Shown here: positions 21,794 to 32,794 of the stretch, in pieces
Layout of the letters: every line of letters starts with the position of its first letter
Position numbering within the stretch: position 1 is the first letter of the stretch
NCBI GenBank assembly: GCA_965198115.1
Contig: OZ240241.1
Location: 3,968,001-4,032,000 of the forward strand
Length of the DNA: 64,000 bases
Direction: 5' to 3'
From: Candidatus Latescibacterota bacterium
GTDB taxonomy: Bacteria > Latescibacterota > UBA2968
Position numbers and translations under genes: made by a program
Notes under the pieces: model-generated
Database searches by the model: none
What the model saw: the letters and a program-made list of their open reading frames with translations, nothing else
Told to the model about the DNA's origin: nothing

Positions 21794-22648
21794 ATGCGCT
21801 TTCATATTCTAGGTTCCTCCGCCGGCAAAACCGTTCCACGTCCGTTCTGTCGTTGCCGCGTCTGCGAAACGGCCCGTCGTGACGGCGGGCGCGATGTCCG
21901 GACACGATGTGCCGTCCACCTCTATCTCGACGGTGATGATGTGGGCGAGCCGCGCTACGCCATCGACCTCTCGCCCGACGTCTCCTATCACTTCATCCGC
22001 GACAGCTTCGCCCTCGACAGGCTCGAGCACCTCATCTTCAGCCACGCAGACCCGGATCATATCGACACAGGGCTGCTCTCGATCCGTCCATCGATTCTCA
22101 GCGACCGAAGCGCGCTCCCTCATCTTCACACTTACGGCAGCGTGACAGTCGGTGAGAAAATGGAAAGACTCGACCTCGAAAAGCTGAACGTCTCATTTCA
22201 GCAGGTCGACCCATTTACACCATTCACGGCCGGAGACCTCAGCATCACCCCTCTCCTCGGAAATCACGGGCCAGGCGTTGTCCTCAACCACATCCTTCAG
22301 CACGGCGATACGACGGTACTCTGCGCGTGGGACACCGGCTACTGGACCGACGAGAGTTGGGAGCACGTCGAGGCCTTCTCCTTCGATGCGGTCATCTCGG
22401 AATGCACCATCTTCGGACCCGGTGAAGCCGACCTCGAAGCCCGGCACATGAACTTCGCCACACTCGTGGCCAAGAAAGAGCGACTGCTCGAAATGGAGTG
22501 CATCGCCGAGTCGACCCCCTGGGCGACGCTTCACATCGGCGACAACGGTGGCATCACCTACGACGAACAGGTTGCGCTCGGCGCGTCCCACGGCGTCACA
22601 CCCGGATATGACGGAATGTGGTTTTCGCCTTCGGGGATCGGAAAATAG
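21794..22648 (+). CDS. MBL-fold hydrolase, PhnP-like
   Basis: ILGSSAG..VPRPFCRCRVC zinc motif, SHADPDH, WDTG. Confidence 0.85.
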   Translation: MRFHILGSSAGKTVPRPFCRCRVCETARRDGGRDVRTRCAVHLYLDGDDVGEPRYAIDLSPDVSYHFIRDSFALDRLEHLIFSHADPDHIDTGLLSIRPSILSDRSALPHLHTYGSVTVGEKMERLDLEKLNVSFQQVDPFTPFTAGDLSITPLLGNHGPGVVLNHILQHGDTTVLCAWDTGYWTDESWEHVEAFSFDAVISECTIFGPGEADLEARHMNFATLVAKKERLLEMECIAESTPWATLHIGDNGGITYDEQVALGASHGVTPGYDGMWFSPSGIGK

Positions 22649-22897
22649 AGATCGGAGATTCGGAAGCTGGAATCAGCGCCCTCTTTCGGATATTCACTAC
22701 TCGGCACTCGGATATCGCTATGTCAGTCTTCTGCCGCGGGACCGGCCACTAAGGAACTTCCAGAGAGGCCATAAAATGGGCCTTGGCCAAGAAGCGTACC
22801 GGGGTGACAGACGCTTAGCCATATGGCCACCTCAAATGGAGATTTCGGAGCTGCCCTCTCGGAACTCGGACATCGCTAATCGGCACTCGGATATCGC
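22624..22897. repeat. Repeat family C (TCGGA/CTCGGCA-based), overlapping a gene end
   Basis: CTCGGCACTCGGATATCGC at 22700-22718, with variants at 22858-22876, 22880-22897, 23717-23735 and 21742-21759. Confidence 0.75.
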
Positions 22898-22901
22898 CTG
22901 T

Positions 22902-23663
22902 ATGTTCACTAACATCTCCACGAGCATCGAACGTTTCGCAGCTCAGGGCTACCTCGTCATTCCCAACGCGCTGGATCAGGCCGAAGTCGAAGCCTTCAAC
23001 GAAGCCGTCGATCGGGACCGCGAGCACTTCCCGCGTCTCTGGCAGAACCGCGGCGGCGGTCGACATCAGGCCGTCAGCATTCTCCTCGACGAGCCGGTCT
23101 TTGATGCCTCCATCCTCCACCCTTCGACATTGCCGATCGCCCGCGAACTGATGGGCGAGGATCTTTGCTTCGAGGAGCATTCTGTGATGATTCGTGAACC
23201 GATCGAGGGCTCCCCACCCGATCCTCACTGGCATCGGGATATCCAACACGGCACCGATCCCCCGCTTTATCTGAGAAACCTATCGCTCGTCTACTACCTC
23301 ACCGACGTCGATGCGTCGACACACTGCTTCAGCATCGTTCCCGAATCCGTCGAAGCCAAGGCATCGGCGCCAGACCATCGTGACGGGAGCACGGCCGAGG
23401 ACCTTCACGGCCAGGCGGGCACCGCCATTCTCTTCAACGCCGCCAACATACACGACGCGCGCCAGCGCACGACCGATCGGGAGCGTCGCACCATACACAT
23501 CTACTACGGGCACCGGTCCTTGCCCCCGCTCAGCATCCACACGATTTTCCCCGATCGTCTGATCAACCATCCCGACCCAGACATCCGTGCCCTGTTCGAT
23601 CGCCCCAACGAGATCACCGAGCGGGTCCGCCGAGCGAGATCTCCCTCTGGGATCGGAGATTAG
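22902..23663 (+). CDS. Phytanoyl-CoA dioxygenase (PhyH) family protein
   Basis: QGYLVIPNAL, HWHRD and GTAILFNAANIH (HxD...H facial triad). Confidence 0.88.
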   Translation: MFTNISTSIERFAAQGYLVIPNALDQAEVEAFNEAVDRDREHFPRLWQNRGGGRHQAVSILLDEPVFDASILHPSTLPIARELMGEDLCFEEHSVMIREPIEGSPPDPHWHRDIQHGTDPPLYLRNLSLVYYLTDVDASTHCFSIVPESVEAKASAPDHRDGSTAEDLHGQAGTAILFNAANIHDARQRTTDRERRTIHIYYGHRSLPPLSIHTIFPDRLINHPDPDIRALFDRPNEITERVRRARSPSGIGD

Positions 23664-23799
23664 AGAACGGTGATTGGGGAACTGAGGTTGTTCCTCTCGG
23701 AGATCGGATACCTGCACTCGGCACTCGGATATCGCTTTTTGGTCTCCGCTCCCTCCTCCCTATCTTGCACTGAATCCTCACTCTCTCTGGAGTCCGGCT

Positions 23800-24687
23800 A
23801 TGGAAACCCGCACACTCGGTAACACCGATCTCGAGGTCACCCGGCTCGCCTTCGGCGGCGCGCGCATCGGCTACGAAGACGTCACCGACGACCAGGTCGA
23901 CACCCTGTTGAACGGTCTGCTCGACAGCGGCATCAACTTCCTCGACACCGCCGCGTGCTATGACGACAGTGAAGAGCTCATCGGAAAGTATGTCAGCCAT
24001 CGACGCGATGAATATGTCCTCGCCTCGAAATGCGGCCACGTAGCCGGTGACGCCACGGGTGAGCCGTGGACGGCCGACACGATCCGTCACAGCATCGACC
24101 GATCGCTTCAGCGTCTCAAAACGGATCGCATCGACCTGATGCAGCTTCACAGCTGTTCCAAAGAGGTCCTGGAAACGGGAGAGGCCACCGAGGCTGTTCA
24201 GCGCGCTCAGGAAGCCGGCAAGGTGCGCTACACCTGCTTCAGCGGAGACGGTGAAAACGCTCTATACGCGATCGAATCGGGCGTCTTCGCTACATTGCAA
24301 ACCTCATTCAACGTCGTCGACCAGAAAGGGCGCGATTCCGTCCTCCCCGCGGCGGTCGAGGCCGGTATGGGCATCATCGCCAAACGACCGATCGCCAACG
24401 GCGCGTTCGGCTGGTCGGAGTCCCCCTACAACTACGCCGACGCCTATTGGGATCGCGCAAAGGCGATGACCGTTCCCGAGGGTGCGCCCGAGGATGGCAT
24501 CGAACTCGCGCTCCGCTTCACGCTCAGCCACGACGCCATTGACACGGCCATCGTCGGCACCACCAAACTGGCCAACGCGCAGGCCAACATCGCTTCCCTC
24601 GGCAACGGGCCGCTCGACGCAAACGTCATCACGTCGCTCCACAATCAGTTCGACAACCTGGGCGACGACTGGGACCAGCGAACTTAG
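23800..24687 (+). CDS. Aldo/keto reductase
   Basis: GINFLDTAACY, SLQRLKTDRIDLMQLH. Confidence 0.92.
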   Translation: METRTLGNTDLEVTRLAFGGARIGYEDVTDDQVDTLLNGLLDSGINFLDTAACYDDSEELIGKYVSHRRDEYVLASKCGHVAGDATGEPWTADTIRHSIDRSLQRLKTDRIDLMQLHSCSKEVLETGEATEAVQRAQEAGKVRYTCFSGDGENALYAIESGVFATLQTSFNVVDQKGRDSVLPAAVEAGMGIIAKRPIANGAFGWSESPYNYADAYWDRAKAMTVPEGAPEDGIELALRFTLSHDAIDTAIVGTTKLANAQANIASLGNGPLDANVITSLHNQFDNLGDDWDQRT

Positions 24688-25383
24688 ATGCAGATCCTGC
24701 CCGACATCTATCTCCTCGACGGTTTTGCCTATGCTGCGCACGCCAATTTCTACCTCATCCACACCGATGCGGGCAACATCATCATCGACGCCGGGACACG
24801 CCCCGATGATCTGAGGGTCGCGGACGAACGCTCGGCGCTATGGGACATCTCGCTCCAGCACGTCGACTCCCTTCTCCTCACCCACAGTCACTACGATCAC
24901 ATCGGAAACGCGGCGGAAATCCGACAACGTGGCGCGACCGTCTACGCCGGGCCGAGCGACGCCGAAGGCATCGAACGCTCCGACAACCGGACCGTTCCCT
25001 ACGCCGCCGGCTTCAAACTTCCTCCTTGCAAAATCGACCACGTCGTCACCGACGGAGACGTCATCGAAACCTGCGGTCTCCGTATCGAAACCATCCACGC
25101 GCCCGGTCACACGGACGGTTGTGTCATTTACCAACTCAACCACGTCGGCAAAACCATCTGGTTCGCCGGTGACGTCCTGATGGCGAAAGGGACCGATTTC
25201 GTCCCCGAGCTCGGTTGGCAGGGTGGAGAGGACTTCGACAAACCGACGTATATCCAGACGCTCAGGCGGCTGTCGGATTTGCCCGTCGACTGCTTACTTG
25301 CCGGTCACTATCTTCCCTATCTGCGTGACGGCCACCACCTCGTCGGCCGGGCCTACGTCAAGGCGCTTTGCGATTGGCGTTGA
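24688..25383 (+). CDS. MBL-fold metallo-hydrolase
   Basis: THSHYDH, APGHT, FAGD, LAGH. Confidence 0.9.
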   Translation: MQILPDIYLLDGFAYAAHANFYLIHTDAGNIIIDAGTRPDDLRVADERSALWDISLQHVDSLLLTHSHYDHIGNAAEIRQRGATVYAGPSDAEGIERSDNRTVPYAAGFKLPPCKIDHVVTDGDVIETCGLRIETIHAPGHTDGCVIYQLNHVGKTIWFAGDVLMAKGTDFVPELGWQGGEDFDKPTYIQTLRRLSDLPVDCLLAGHYLPYLRDGHHLVGRAYVKALCDWR

Positions 25384-25471
25384 CGATTGGCCAGACGGCA
25401 ACCATAGACACCGTCCACCGTCTCCCGTCTACCTTTTGGCGAACAACCGATTTCCCTGCCGCTTAAGGAGA

Positions 25472-26976
25472 ATGATGTTCGGACTCCACATACTCGACCT
25501 GACTATGCTCCTTCTTTACCTCGTGGGCATTATGTTCGTTGGCCTATGGGCCGCTCGCAGAGTAAAGGGTGTCGGGGACTTCTTTATGGGCGGAAGGCAG
25601 TTCGGCAAAGCCTTCATGGTCATGCACTCCTTCGGAACCGGAACACACACGGATCAGGCAGTCTCCGTCGCGGGAGCTTCCTACAAGCTGGGCTTCGCGG
25701 GCATCTGGTATCAATACCTCAACCTCTTCCTCACACCGTTCTACTGGATTGTCGCGCCGCTTCTACGGAGAATGCGGTATCTCACAACCGCAGACTTCTT
25801 CGATCAGCGATATCACCAGTCCCTGGGCATCTTCTACGCGGTGTTCGGTGTCCTGAACTTTGCGTTCAGTGTCGGTCTGATGCTCCTGGGCACTGGAAAG
25901 ACGGCGAGTGCCATCACGGGGGGTGCCATCAGCGCCGAGCTTGCGGTCGGTGTGATGACGGTCCTCTTCCTCACCTACGGCTTGGCCGGCGGACTGCCCG
26001 CGGCCATTGTCACCGACTTCATCCAGGGTATTTTCATCATTGTCCTTTCCTTTCTCCTCGTACCCTTCGTACTCGCCGAGGTCGGTGGATTCGAAGGATT
26101 GCATCGACAGATTCCGGAGGAAATGTTTAGCCTCCTCGCACCCGGCGACCCTCCGCCGGGATACGATCGAATCACGATCTTCTACATCTTTATCATCGTC
26201 GTCAACGGACTGGTTGGCACAATCGCGGCTCCCCACCATATGGCCATCGGCGGTGCGGGAAAGACCGAATGGGAAGTGCGATTCGGATTCACCTACGGCA
26301 ATATGATCAAACGGTTCTGCACGGTAGCCTGGTCGCTCGTCGGCATCGCGTGTGTGGCCATCTATCCAGGCATCGACGATCCTGAGCACGCCTTCGGATT
26401 GGCCACTCGCGACCTGCTACCCATCGGCCTCGTCGGTGTGATGCTCGCCTCGATGATTGCCGATGTGATGTCCTCGTGCGATTCCTTTATGGTCGACGGC
26501 TCTGCCCTCATCATCGAAAACGTCTACAAGCCCTACATCCGGCCCGAAGCCACGGAGAGACACCTGCTTATGGTCGGCCGAGTCGTGGGCGTCTTCATCG
26601 TCGCGGCAGGCATCTTCGTCACGCAGCTATCTACCTCTGTCGTCGAACTCCTTGTCCTCGCGTGGTCGCTCTCGGCCTTTTTCGGCATCGCCGTTTGGGG
26701 GGAGTCATCTGGAGGCGCGCCAACACGTGGGGCGCCTGGGGAGGCATCACCGCATCGATCGCTCTATGGGCGGTTTCCCGATTCCTCTGGGAATGGGAAC
26801 TGCAATATCAGTTCTCACTCTATCTTTCGGGCGGCTTCCTGACCCTCATCATCGTCAGCCTCCTGACACCCAAACAGGATCAGGACCAGCTGGACCGCTT
26901 TTACACGACCCTCCACACGCCGGTGGGCGATGAGCACAAGCTCCGTGAAGCAGGAATCAAAGTCGTGCTCGAATGA
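25472..26976 (+). CDS. Sodium:solute symporter, frameshift in a G-run near 26700
   Basis: DFFMGGR, TTADFFDQRY, TDFIQG, MSSCDS. C-terminus WRRANTWGA lies in the 26476 ORF. AAGGAG RBS. Confidence 0.9.
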
Positions 26977-27428
26977 GAATCCTTCTCACCCTCTTCGTCC
27001 TGGCACTCACCGCACACGCACAACAGCGACTGCAACGGCTCGAAGCGCACACCCCTGCCACGGACACGAGCCGCGTGATCGTGTCACCCCGCATTTTCAC
27101 CGCCCCCGAGCTCGATAGCCTCATCAAAGCGGGAAACCACGTCGATTCACTCGTCGTCTACCCGGCACGAATCTACGTCACCGAGGGTGGGTCTTATAAG
27201 CTGAATCAACTTTTCGTCCTTGCGATCGACTCGGCGGGTCAACGTGTCTACCGTGCGCCCCTCGCGATCGAATTGGCTTCCTTCAACGCGTCCCTCGGCA
27301 CGGAGGGACTGTTCGGGTTTCGGGAAGGAACGGCCAACCTGAGGATTACCAGCCTCTTGCCTCGCAAGGGGGGCAAAACGAGTGTCGGCGTCGAACTCGA
27401 CGTCATCGTGACACCCTGGCCCAACTGA
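26973..27428 (+). CDS. Hypothetical secreted protein
   Basis: Signal peptide ending AHA. ATGA overlap with the upstream stop. Confidence 0.65.
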   Translation: MRILLTLFVLALTAHAQQRLQRLEAHTPATDTSRVIVSPRIFTAPELDSLIKAGNHVDSLVVYPARIYVTEGGSYKLNQLFVLAIDSAGQRVYRAPLAIELASFNASLGTEGLFGFREGTANLRITSLLPRKGGKTSVGVELDVIVTPWPN

Positions 27429-27523
27429 ATGCGCCCTCCGGTGGCGGACTCTCGTTTCCCCGGCAGGGGAGACGACCGCTGCAACAGATCTTCAATCGCG
27501 ACCCAAACCGGAAGTCTTCCCGG

Positions 27524-28993
27524 ATGAAACCGAACATCCTCTGGATCTGTACCGATCAGCAGCGTTTCGACACGATCGGGGCTCTCGGTAACGCAGTCAT
27601 AGAGACACCTCACCTCGACCGCCTCGCCGAATCCGGTGTCGCCTTCACACACGCCTACTGTCAGAACCCGATCTGCCAGCCCAGTCGCGCCAGTTTCATG
27701 ACCGGGCTGTATCCCAGCACCCTCCACGTCAACGGCAACGGCGTGGAAACTTTCCCCCAGAACGTGCCCGTCGTATCCAGGATGTTCGCCGATGCGGGTT
27801 ACACGTGCGGTTTGATCGGCAAACTGCACCTCAACGCCGCCTATCACGGCGTCGAAAAGCGCGTCGACGATGGCTACACTTACTGGCACTACAGTCACGG
27901 TCCCTACAGTCGTCTGTCACCTGACGCAAAAGGCAACGACTATGCGGACTGGATTCGGGCCCAGGGCGAGGATCCGGAGACCGTGCTTTTCGACCCGGGT
28001 GGCGTGCCCGATCGACTCCATCACACGACCTGGTGCGTGGAGAAAACCTCCGCCTTCATCCGAGAAAGCGTCGGTAGACCCTGGTTCGCCTCGGTCAACA
28101 TCTTCTTTCCGCACAAGCCGTTCAATCCGCCCAGAGAGTACTTGAATCGATACGATCCCGACGCGATGCCGCCCCCTCTCTACCGGGATTCCGACCAGGA
28201 GACACAGAGCCAGCTCGACCTGATTCCGACACAGGGCGGTCTCGGCACACCCGACAGGCTCGAACTGGGTCACACGAGCGGACAAACAGAAACCTTCCTG
28301 GGCGGTCGATCGGATGCGGGGGCAGCCAAGGCCCACTACTACGCCCTGATCACCCACATCGACGAACAAATCGGCCATCTCCTCGACCTCCTCGACGAGA
28401 TGGGCCAGCGAGATAACACACTCACCATCTTCACCTCCGACCACGGCGAACTGCTCGGCGACCACGGCCGAGTCTACAAGGGATGTCGATTCTACGAAGG
28501 GCTCGTCCGGGTTCCACTCATCTGGCACTGGCCGGGGCAGTTTGCCGAGGGCACGCGCGCATCCGGCCTCGTCGAGCTCATCGACATCGTCCCCACCCTC
28601 CTCGACCTGTGCGATCTGGACATCCCCGATCACATCCAGGGCCGGTCGCTCCGACCGATCCTCCAGGGATCTCAGTCACCCGAAATATTCAGAGACCACG
28701 TTCGCTGTGAGTTCTACGATGCCCAGCACACATTGAACAGCGAGGGCCGGACCGGTTACGGCACGATGTATCGCGACAGCCGCTATAAACTCGTCGTCTA
28801 CCACGAATATGATCTCGGGGAACTCTACGACCTGGAGGAAGACCCGGGCGAATTCGACAATCGGTGGAACGATCCGGACTACAGCCCCATCAAGATGGAC
28901 TTGATGAAGAAAAGCTTCGACGCATCAATGCTGATCACCGACTGGGGTGGTGTTCCCTGCGTTCGTCGGAGAAATTCCACACCGATCTACTGA
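27524..28993 (+). CDS. Sulfatase
   Basis: KPNILWICTDQQR, CQPSR, GKLH, FTSDHGE, ELYDLEEDPGE. Confidence 0.95.
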   Translation: MKPNILWICTDQQRFDTIGALGNAVIETPHLDRLAESGVAFTHAYCQNPICQPSRASFMTGLYPSTLHVNGNGVETFPQNVPVVSRMFADAGYTCGLIGKLHLNAAYHGVEKRVDDGYTYWHYSHGPYSRLSPDAKGNDYADWIRAQGEDPETVLFDPGGVPDRLHHTTWCVEKTSAFIRESVGRPWFASVNIFFPHKPFNPPREYLNRYDPDAMPPPLYRDSDQETQSQLDLIPTQGGLGTPDRLELGHTSGQTETFLGGRSDAGAAKAHYYALITHIDEQIGHLLDLLDEMGQRDNTLTIFTSDHGELLGDHGRVYKGCRFYEGLVRVPLIWHWPGQFAEGTRASGLVELIDIVPTLLDLCDLDIPDHIQGRSLRPILQGSQSPEIFRDHVRCEFYDAQHTLNSEGRTGYGTMYRDSRYKLVVYHEYDLGELYDLEEDPGEFDNRWNDPDYSPIKMDLMKKSFDASMLITDWGGVPCVRRRNSTPIY

Positions 28994-29005
28994 AGACGTT
29001 CGCTT

Positions 29006-29968
29006 ATGCTGCCCTCACGCGATGAAATCCAAGCCGCAGCAGAGATCGTTTACGCGGCAATGCCACCGACACCTCAGTATCGGTGGCCGATGCTGTGTGA
29101 GCGGCTCGGAACCGACGTCTGGGTCAAGCACGAGAATCACACGCCCGTCGGCGCATTCAAAGTGCGTGGAGGCCTGGTCTACTTCGCCGTACTCTCCGTA
29201 GATGCGCGAACGAAGGGCGTCATCTGCGCCACACGCGGAAACCACGGACAGTCCGTTGCGTGGGCGGCCAGACGCTACGACATTCCCGCAACGATCGTCG
29301 TGCCGCACGGCAACAGCCGCGAGAAGAACGCCGCCGTCCAGGCGTTGGGCGCCGTCCTCATCGAAAGTGGAGACGACTTCCAGTCGTCACTCGAACACGC
29401 GCAACGGCTTGCTGACGACGGCGGCCTGCATTTGGTCCCCTCCTTCGATACACCTCTCGTCGCCGGCGTCGCGACCTACGCCCTAGAACTCCTGTCCGAA
29501 ACCGACGACCTCGACGTCATCTATGTGCCCATCGGGCTCGGGTCGGGCATCTGTGGCGTGCTCGCCGCCAAACAGGCGTTGGGTCTGTCGATCGAGGTCG
29601 TGGGCGTCGTGTCGGCACACGCCCGGGCCTACGCCGAATCTTTCGCGAGCGGCCGACCCATCGATGCCCCGGTAACCACACGTCTGGCAGACGGGATGGC
29701 GTGTCGAACGCCTCATCCCGACGCCCTCGGCTTCATCCGGGAGGGTGTCGATCGCATCGTCGAGGTCACGGACGTAGAAATCGCCGAAGCGATGCGCGCG
29801 CTCTTCGAATGCACACACAACGTCGCTGAAGGCGCGGGCGCCGCTCCCGTAGCTGCCGCGATTCAGGAAAAGTCCAGAAACAGCGGAAGGAGAGTCGCCG
29901 TTGTCCTGTCGGGAGGCAACGTCGATCGCGACGTCTTCGCCAGCGTCCTCGATGGGTCCTTCACGTGA
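29006..29968 (+). CDS. PLP-dependent threonine/serine dehydratase family
   Basis: KHENHTPVGAFKVRG, ATRGNHG, PIGLGSG, VLSGGN. Confidence 0.92.
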   Translation: MLPSRDEIQAAAEIVYAAMPPTPQYRWPMLCERLGTDVWVKHENHTPVGAFKVRGGLVYFAVLSVDARTKGVICATRGNHGQSVAWAARRYDIPATIVVPHGNSREKNAAVQALGAVLIESGDDFQSSLEHAQRLADDGGLHLVPSFDTPLVAGVATYALELLSETDDLDVIYVPIGLGSGICGVLAAKQALGLSIEVVGVVSAHARAYAESFASGRPIDAPVTTRLADGMACRTPHPDALGFIREGVDRIVEVTDVEIAEAMRALFECTHNVAEGAGAAPVAAAIQEKSRNSGRRVAVVLSGGNVDRDVFASVLDGSFT

Positions 29969-30059
29969 AACCGTCTGGTCTGCAAGGTCATCCCGGCCCC
30001 GATCTCGAACCGAGTTTTTTCATTCCTCCTACCTCGCCCACGCCATCGAGACCGATCCG

Positions 30060-30500
30060 ATGACAAACCAGGCCTTCTTCCTATCGAACCAGATCGCCCT
30101 GATCGGATGGATCCTGCTGATTCTCCGTCCGAGATGGCGACTCGCTACGCACCTCATCTGTCCCGTCCTGATCCCCGTCATCCTGGGACTGCTATACTTT
30201 GGCCTGGTCATCGGATATTTTCCTCAAAGCGACGGTGAATACGGCTCACTCGATGCCGTGGCACGACTGTTCGAAAGCCGGCAGCTGTTGCTCGCGGGAT
30301 GGGTTCACTACCTCGCTTTCGATCTCTTCATCGGAGCCTGGCAGGTTAGAGACGCGTAGCGACTCGGCCTTCGCCACCTGACGGTCGTACCCTGTCTCTT
30401 GCTGACGTTCCTTTTCGGCCCAGTGGGCTGGCTCGCATACTATGGACTCCGATCGGTCCACAAAAGGAGCATCACACTCGATGATGACCCTGATCCGTGA
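30060..30500 (+). pseudogene. ABA4/DUF4281-like membrane protein with an in-frame TAG at 30357-30359
   Basis: AGWVHYLAFDLFIGAW motif. The frame continues past TAG as RLGLRHLTVVPCLLLTFLFGPVGWLAY, a typical family C-terminus. Confidence 0.8.
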
Positions 30501-31260
30501 AATCCACGACCGCAATCCGATCCTCTCCTGGACGGGTCGTTTTCACTTCGCGTTGATTGGCCTGTTCCTGATCGCCGATGACCGCACGATTCTGGGCATC
30601 GATCCCTGGATCAAACCGACCAAGTTCGCGATTTCCAACGGGATTTTCCTGTGGACGATGGCGTATCTCCTCGAGGACCTCAAAGCCGATACGCGATCCG
30701 TCTCCATCGTTTCCCGAGTCATTGCCGTTGCTATGCTCGCAGAGATTGTCTGCATAGGTGGACAATCTCTGCGTGGCGTTCCATCCCACTTCAACTTCAC
30801 CACAACATTGAACGCCCTCATTTTCTCGATAATGGGCATCATGATTCTTCTAAACACCGTAGCCGTCCTCTACGTCGGCGTCCTATTCTTCATCAGGCAC
30901 CTCGAATTATCCGAAACCTACCTCTGGGGTATCCGGTGGGGGATCGCCCTGTTTCTGATCGGCAGTGCGTGGGGGAATTCGATGGTCAACCTCAGCGCCC
31001 ATACCATCGGGGCACCCGATGGGGGACCCGGCCTCCCGATTCTCAACTGGAGTACCGTGGGGGGAGACTTGAGAATCGCTCACGCGATGGGACTCCACGC
31101 TCTGCAGTTCTGCCCGCTCATCGGGCACCTCGTTGGTCGCAGGATCGCATCCGGCGCCAGGTGGCCCATTCTCGCCCTTGCTATCGGTTTCTACGGGGCC
31201 GGTATGTTCTTCCTCTACCATCAGGCAGTGAGCGGCGAACCCCTGATTGGCAATCGATGA
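30481..31260 (+). CDS. Conserved membrane protein
   Basis: Multiple TM helices. WIKPTKFAIS, RGVPSHFN, GGDLRIAHAMGLHALQ. Confidence 0.8.
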   Translation: MMTLIREIHDRNPILSWTGRFHFALIGLFLIADDRTILGIDPWIKPTKFAISNGIFLWTMAYLLEDLKADTRSVSIVSRVIAVAMLAEIVCIGGQSLRGVPSHFNFTTTLNALIFSIMGIMILLNTVAVLYVGVLFFIRHLELSETYLWGIRWGIALFLIGSAWGNSMVNLSAHTIGAPDGGPGLPILNWSTVGGDLRIAHAMGLHALQFCPLIGHLVGRRIASGARWPILALAIGFYGAGMFFLYHQAVSGEPLIGNR

Positions 31261-31989
31261 TCACGCACTACGCAAAACTGCAGCTACCCACGCTTTCTCC
31301 TCAAGGCGTCCGCCAGGTCTTTGCGAAGGTCTCGGGTTCGATGTCTTGACCGAGAACGAGGATTCGATCTCGCTCACGATTACCCCGTTCACGCAGTTTC
31401 ACTTTGCCCGTACAGAGTCGCCCCTGGCACCCGCACACCTCGCGTTCGAAGTTCGTCATTCGTCGTTTCAGGCATCGGCCCACCTGATCGCGTCGGCAGG
31501 CTGCTGTTGTGTGGCGACATCGACGGATCACACTCACAGACGCTACTTCAAGGACGGTGACGGCAATCTGCTCGAGATCTATTCCCACGACTACATCGAC
31601 GATTCGGCATTGCCCGCCGACAATCCGCTCGGCGTACTCTACCTGCGCGAAGTCGGGTTCGTCATCGACGCCTTCGATGCGTGCTGGGATGCTTGCTCGG
31701 TCCTGGGGATGATCAACACGAGAGGTGGGAGGACCGGCCGGTTCAGCATTCTGGCATCGGGAACGGGCACGTCGTGCTGAATCACCGTCGTCGTCGGTGG
31801 ATTCCGATCGCGATGACCGCGTGGAAACCCGACCTGCACGTCACCTTCGGCGCGACGGATGCCGTCGACGAACAGCTCTCGCTACCATCGATTGAAGAAG
31901 AAGGTTACGACGTTCTGATCAGACACACACCCGAGTTTGACCCCCAGCTACCCGAACGGTTAGGCGTTCCACACGTGGATGATGAATAG
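31257..31989 (+). CDS. VOC/glyoxalase-like protein, frameshifted
   Basis: HLAFEV and YFKDGDGNLLEI motifs. The reading frame is split across three ORFs. Confidence 0.65.
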
Positions 31990-32116
31990 TTGATTCGCCG
32001 AAGACCGACACTTCCCCTCACATTCGTTCGGGGCAGGCTCGTGCTCAGTGTGACGGTGCTTTCCGAAACGTAAACCAACGCCACGCCTGCTCTCCTGCTC
32101 GACAAGAGCGTACAGT

Positions 32117-32149
32117 AAAAAGCCGCCGTAAACTGCTACGGCGGCTTTT
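32117..32149. terminator. Bidirectional intrinsic terminator
   Basis: AAAAA GCCGCCGTA aactgc TACGGCGGC TTTT between convergent genes. Confidence 0.85.
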
Positions 32150-32169
32150 CGCGACACCCTGAGTCTTCC

Positions 32170-32781
32170 CTACATCTCGTTAGGAAAGTTTGGCCACGGC
32201 GGGAACTTCTCCGCTATGGGCACGTTGACTGGCGAGCCCTGGGAGTCGTGGACGGTCGCTGGGTTCATATGTACGTGTTCTACCCGCCACTGTTCCGGGT
32301 CATAGAGAATGCTTCGAGGACTTGGGCCCGAGGCCATCGTGGACGTGTCCGGTTGGAGTTGTGGAGCGGCCCCGGGCGCCATTCGCTGCCTGAGCAGCTC
32401 CACCCTGTACTTCAGCCCGGTTGGCGACGACGGATCGGGCACGAGAGCCCCCGGGGGACAGACAAGCATCGTCGTCGTTGTGGGTCCTCCTGTCGTCATC
32501 TGAGCGACTGAATACTGTAACGGGGTCGATAGACGGTGTGTCTGCCCCGATGCGGACCGAAAGGTGATGTCCAACGTTCCCAGGGTGGCAATGCCCGACC
32601 CCGTAGTTGGTAACGTGACGGGCTGACCGGTTGACCCCGATAGCAAAGAAACGAACCCATAGATGGCTGGTGGCGCGGGCAGTTGCTCGAAGGGTGTTCC
32701 CGGATTCGGGTTCGCACTTTGAACCCCTGCGGACAGCGACTGCGACAGGAAAAGTGTCAAGATCATAAAAAACGTTTTCAT
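32170..32781 (-). CDS. Hypothetical secreted Pro/Thr-rich protein
   Basis: Signal peptide. GAGGA RBS adjoining the upstream gene's stop. Confidence 0.65.
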   Translation of the reverse strand: MKTFFMILTLFLSQSLSAGVQSANPNPGTPFEQLPAPPAIYGFVSLLSGSTGQPVTLPTTGSGIATLGTLDITFRSASGQTHRLSTPLQYSVAQMTTGGPTTTTMLVCPPGALVPDPSSPTGLKYRVELLRQRMAPGAAPQLQPDTSTMASGPSPRSILYDPEQWRVEHVHMNPATVHDSQGSPVNVPIAEKFPPWPNFPNEM

Positions 32782-32794
32782 CGCGGAATCCTCC

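Noticed and set aside
22700-23735. Functional link between GATATC in repeat family C and the EcoRV-like methyltransferase
   Set aside because: Enzyme specificity is only inferred, the gene may be broken, and the site occurs elsewhere in coding DNA. Probably coincidence.
30357-30359. Pyrrolysine or amber readthrough in the ABA4-like gene
   Set aside because: No pyl genes are seen and the family has no such precedent known to me. CAG-to-TAG is simpler.
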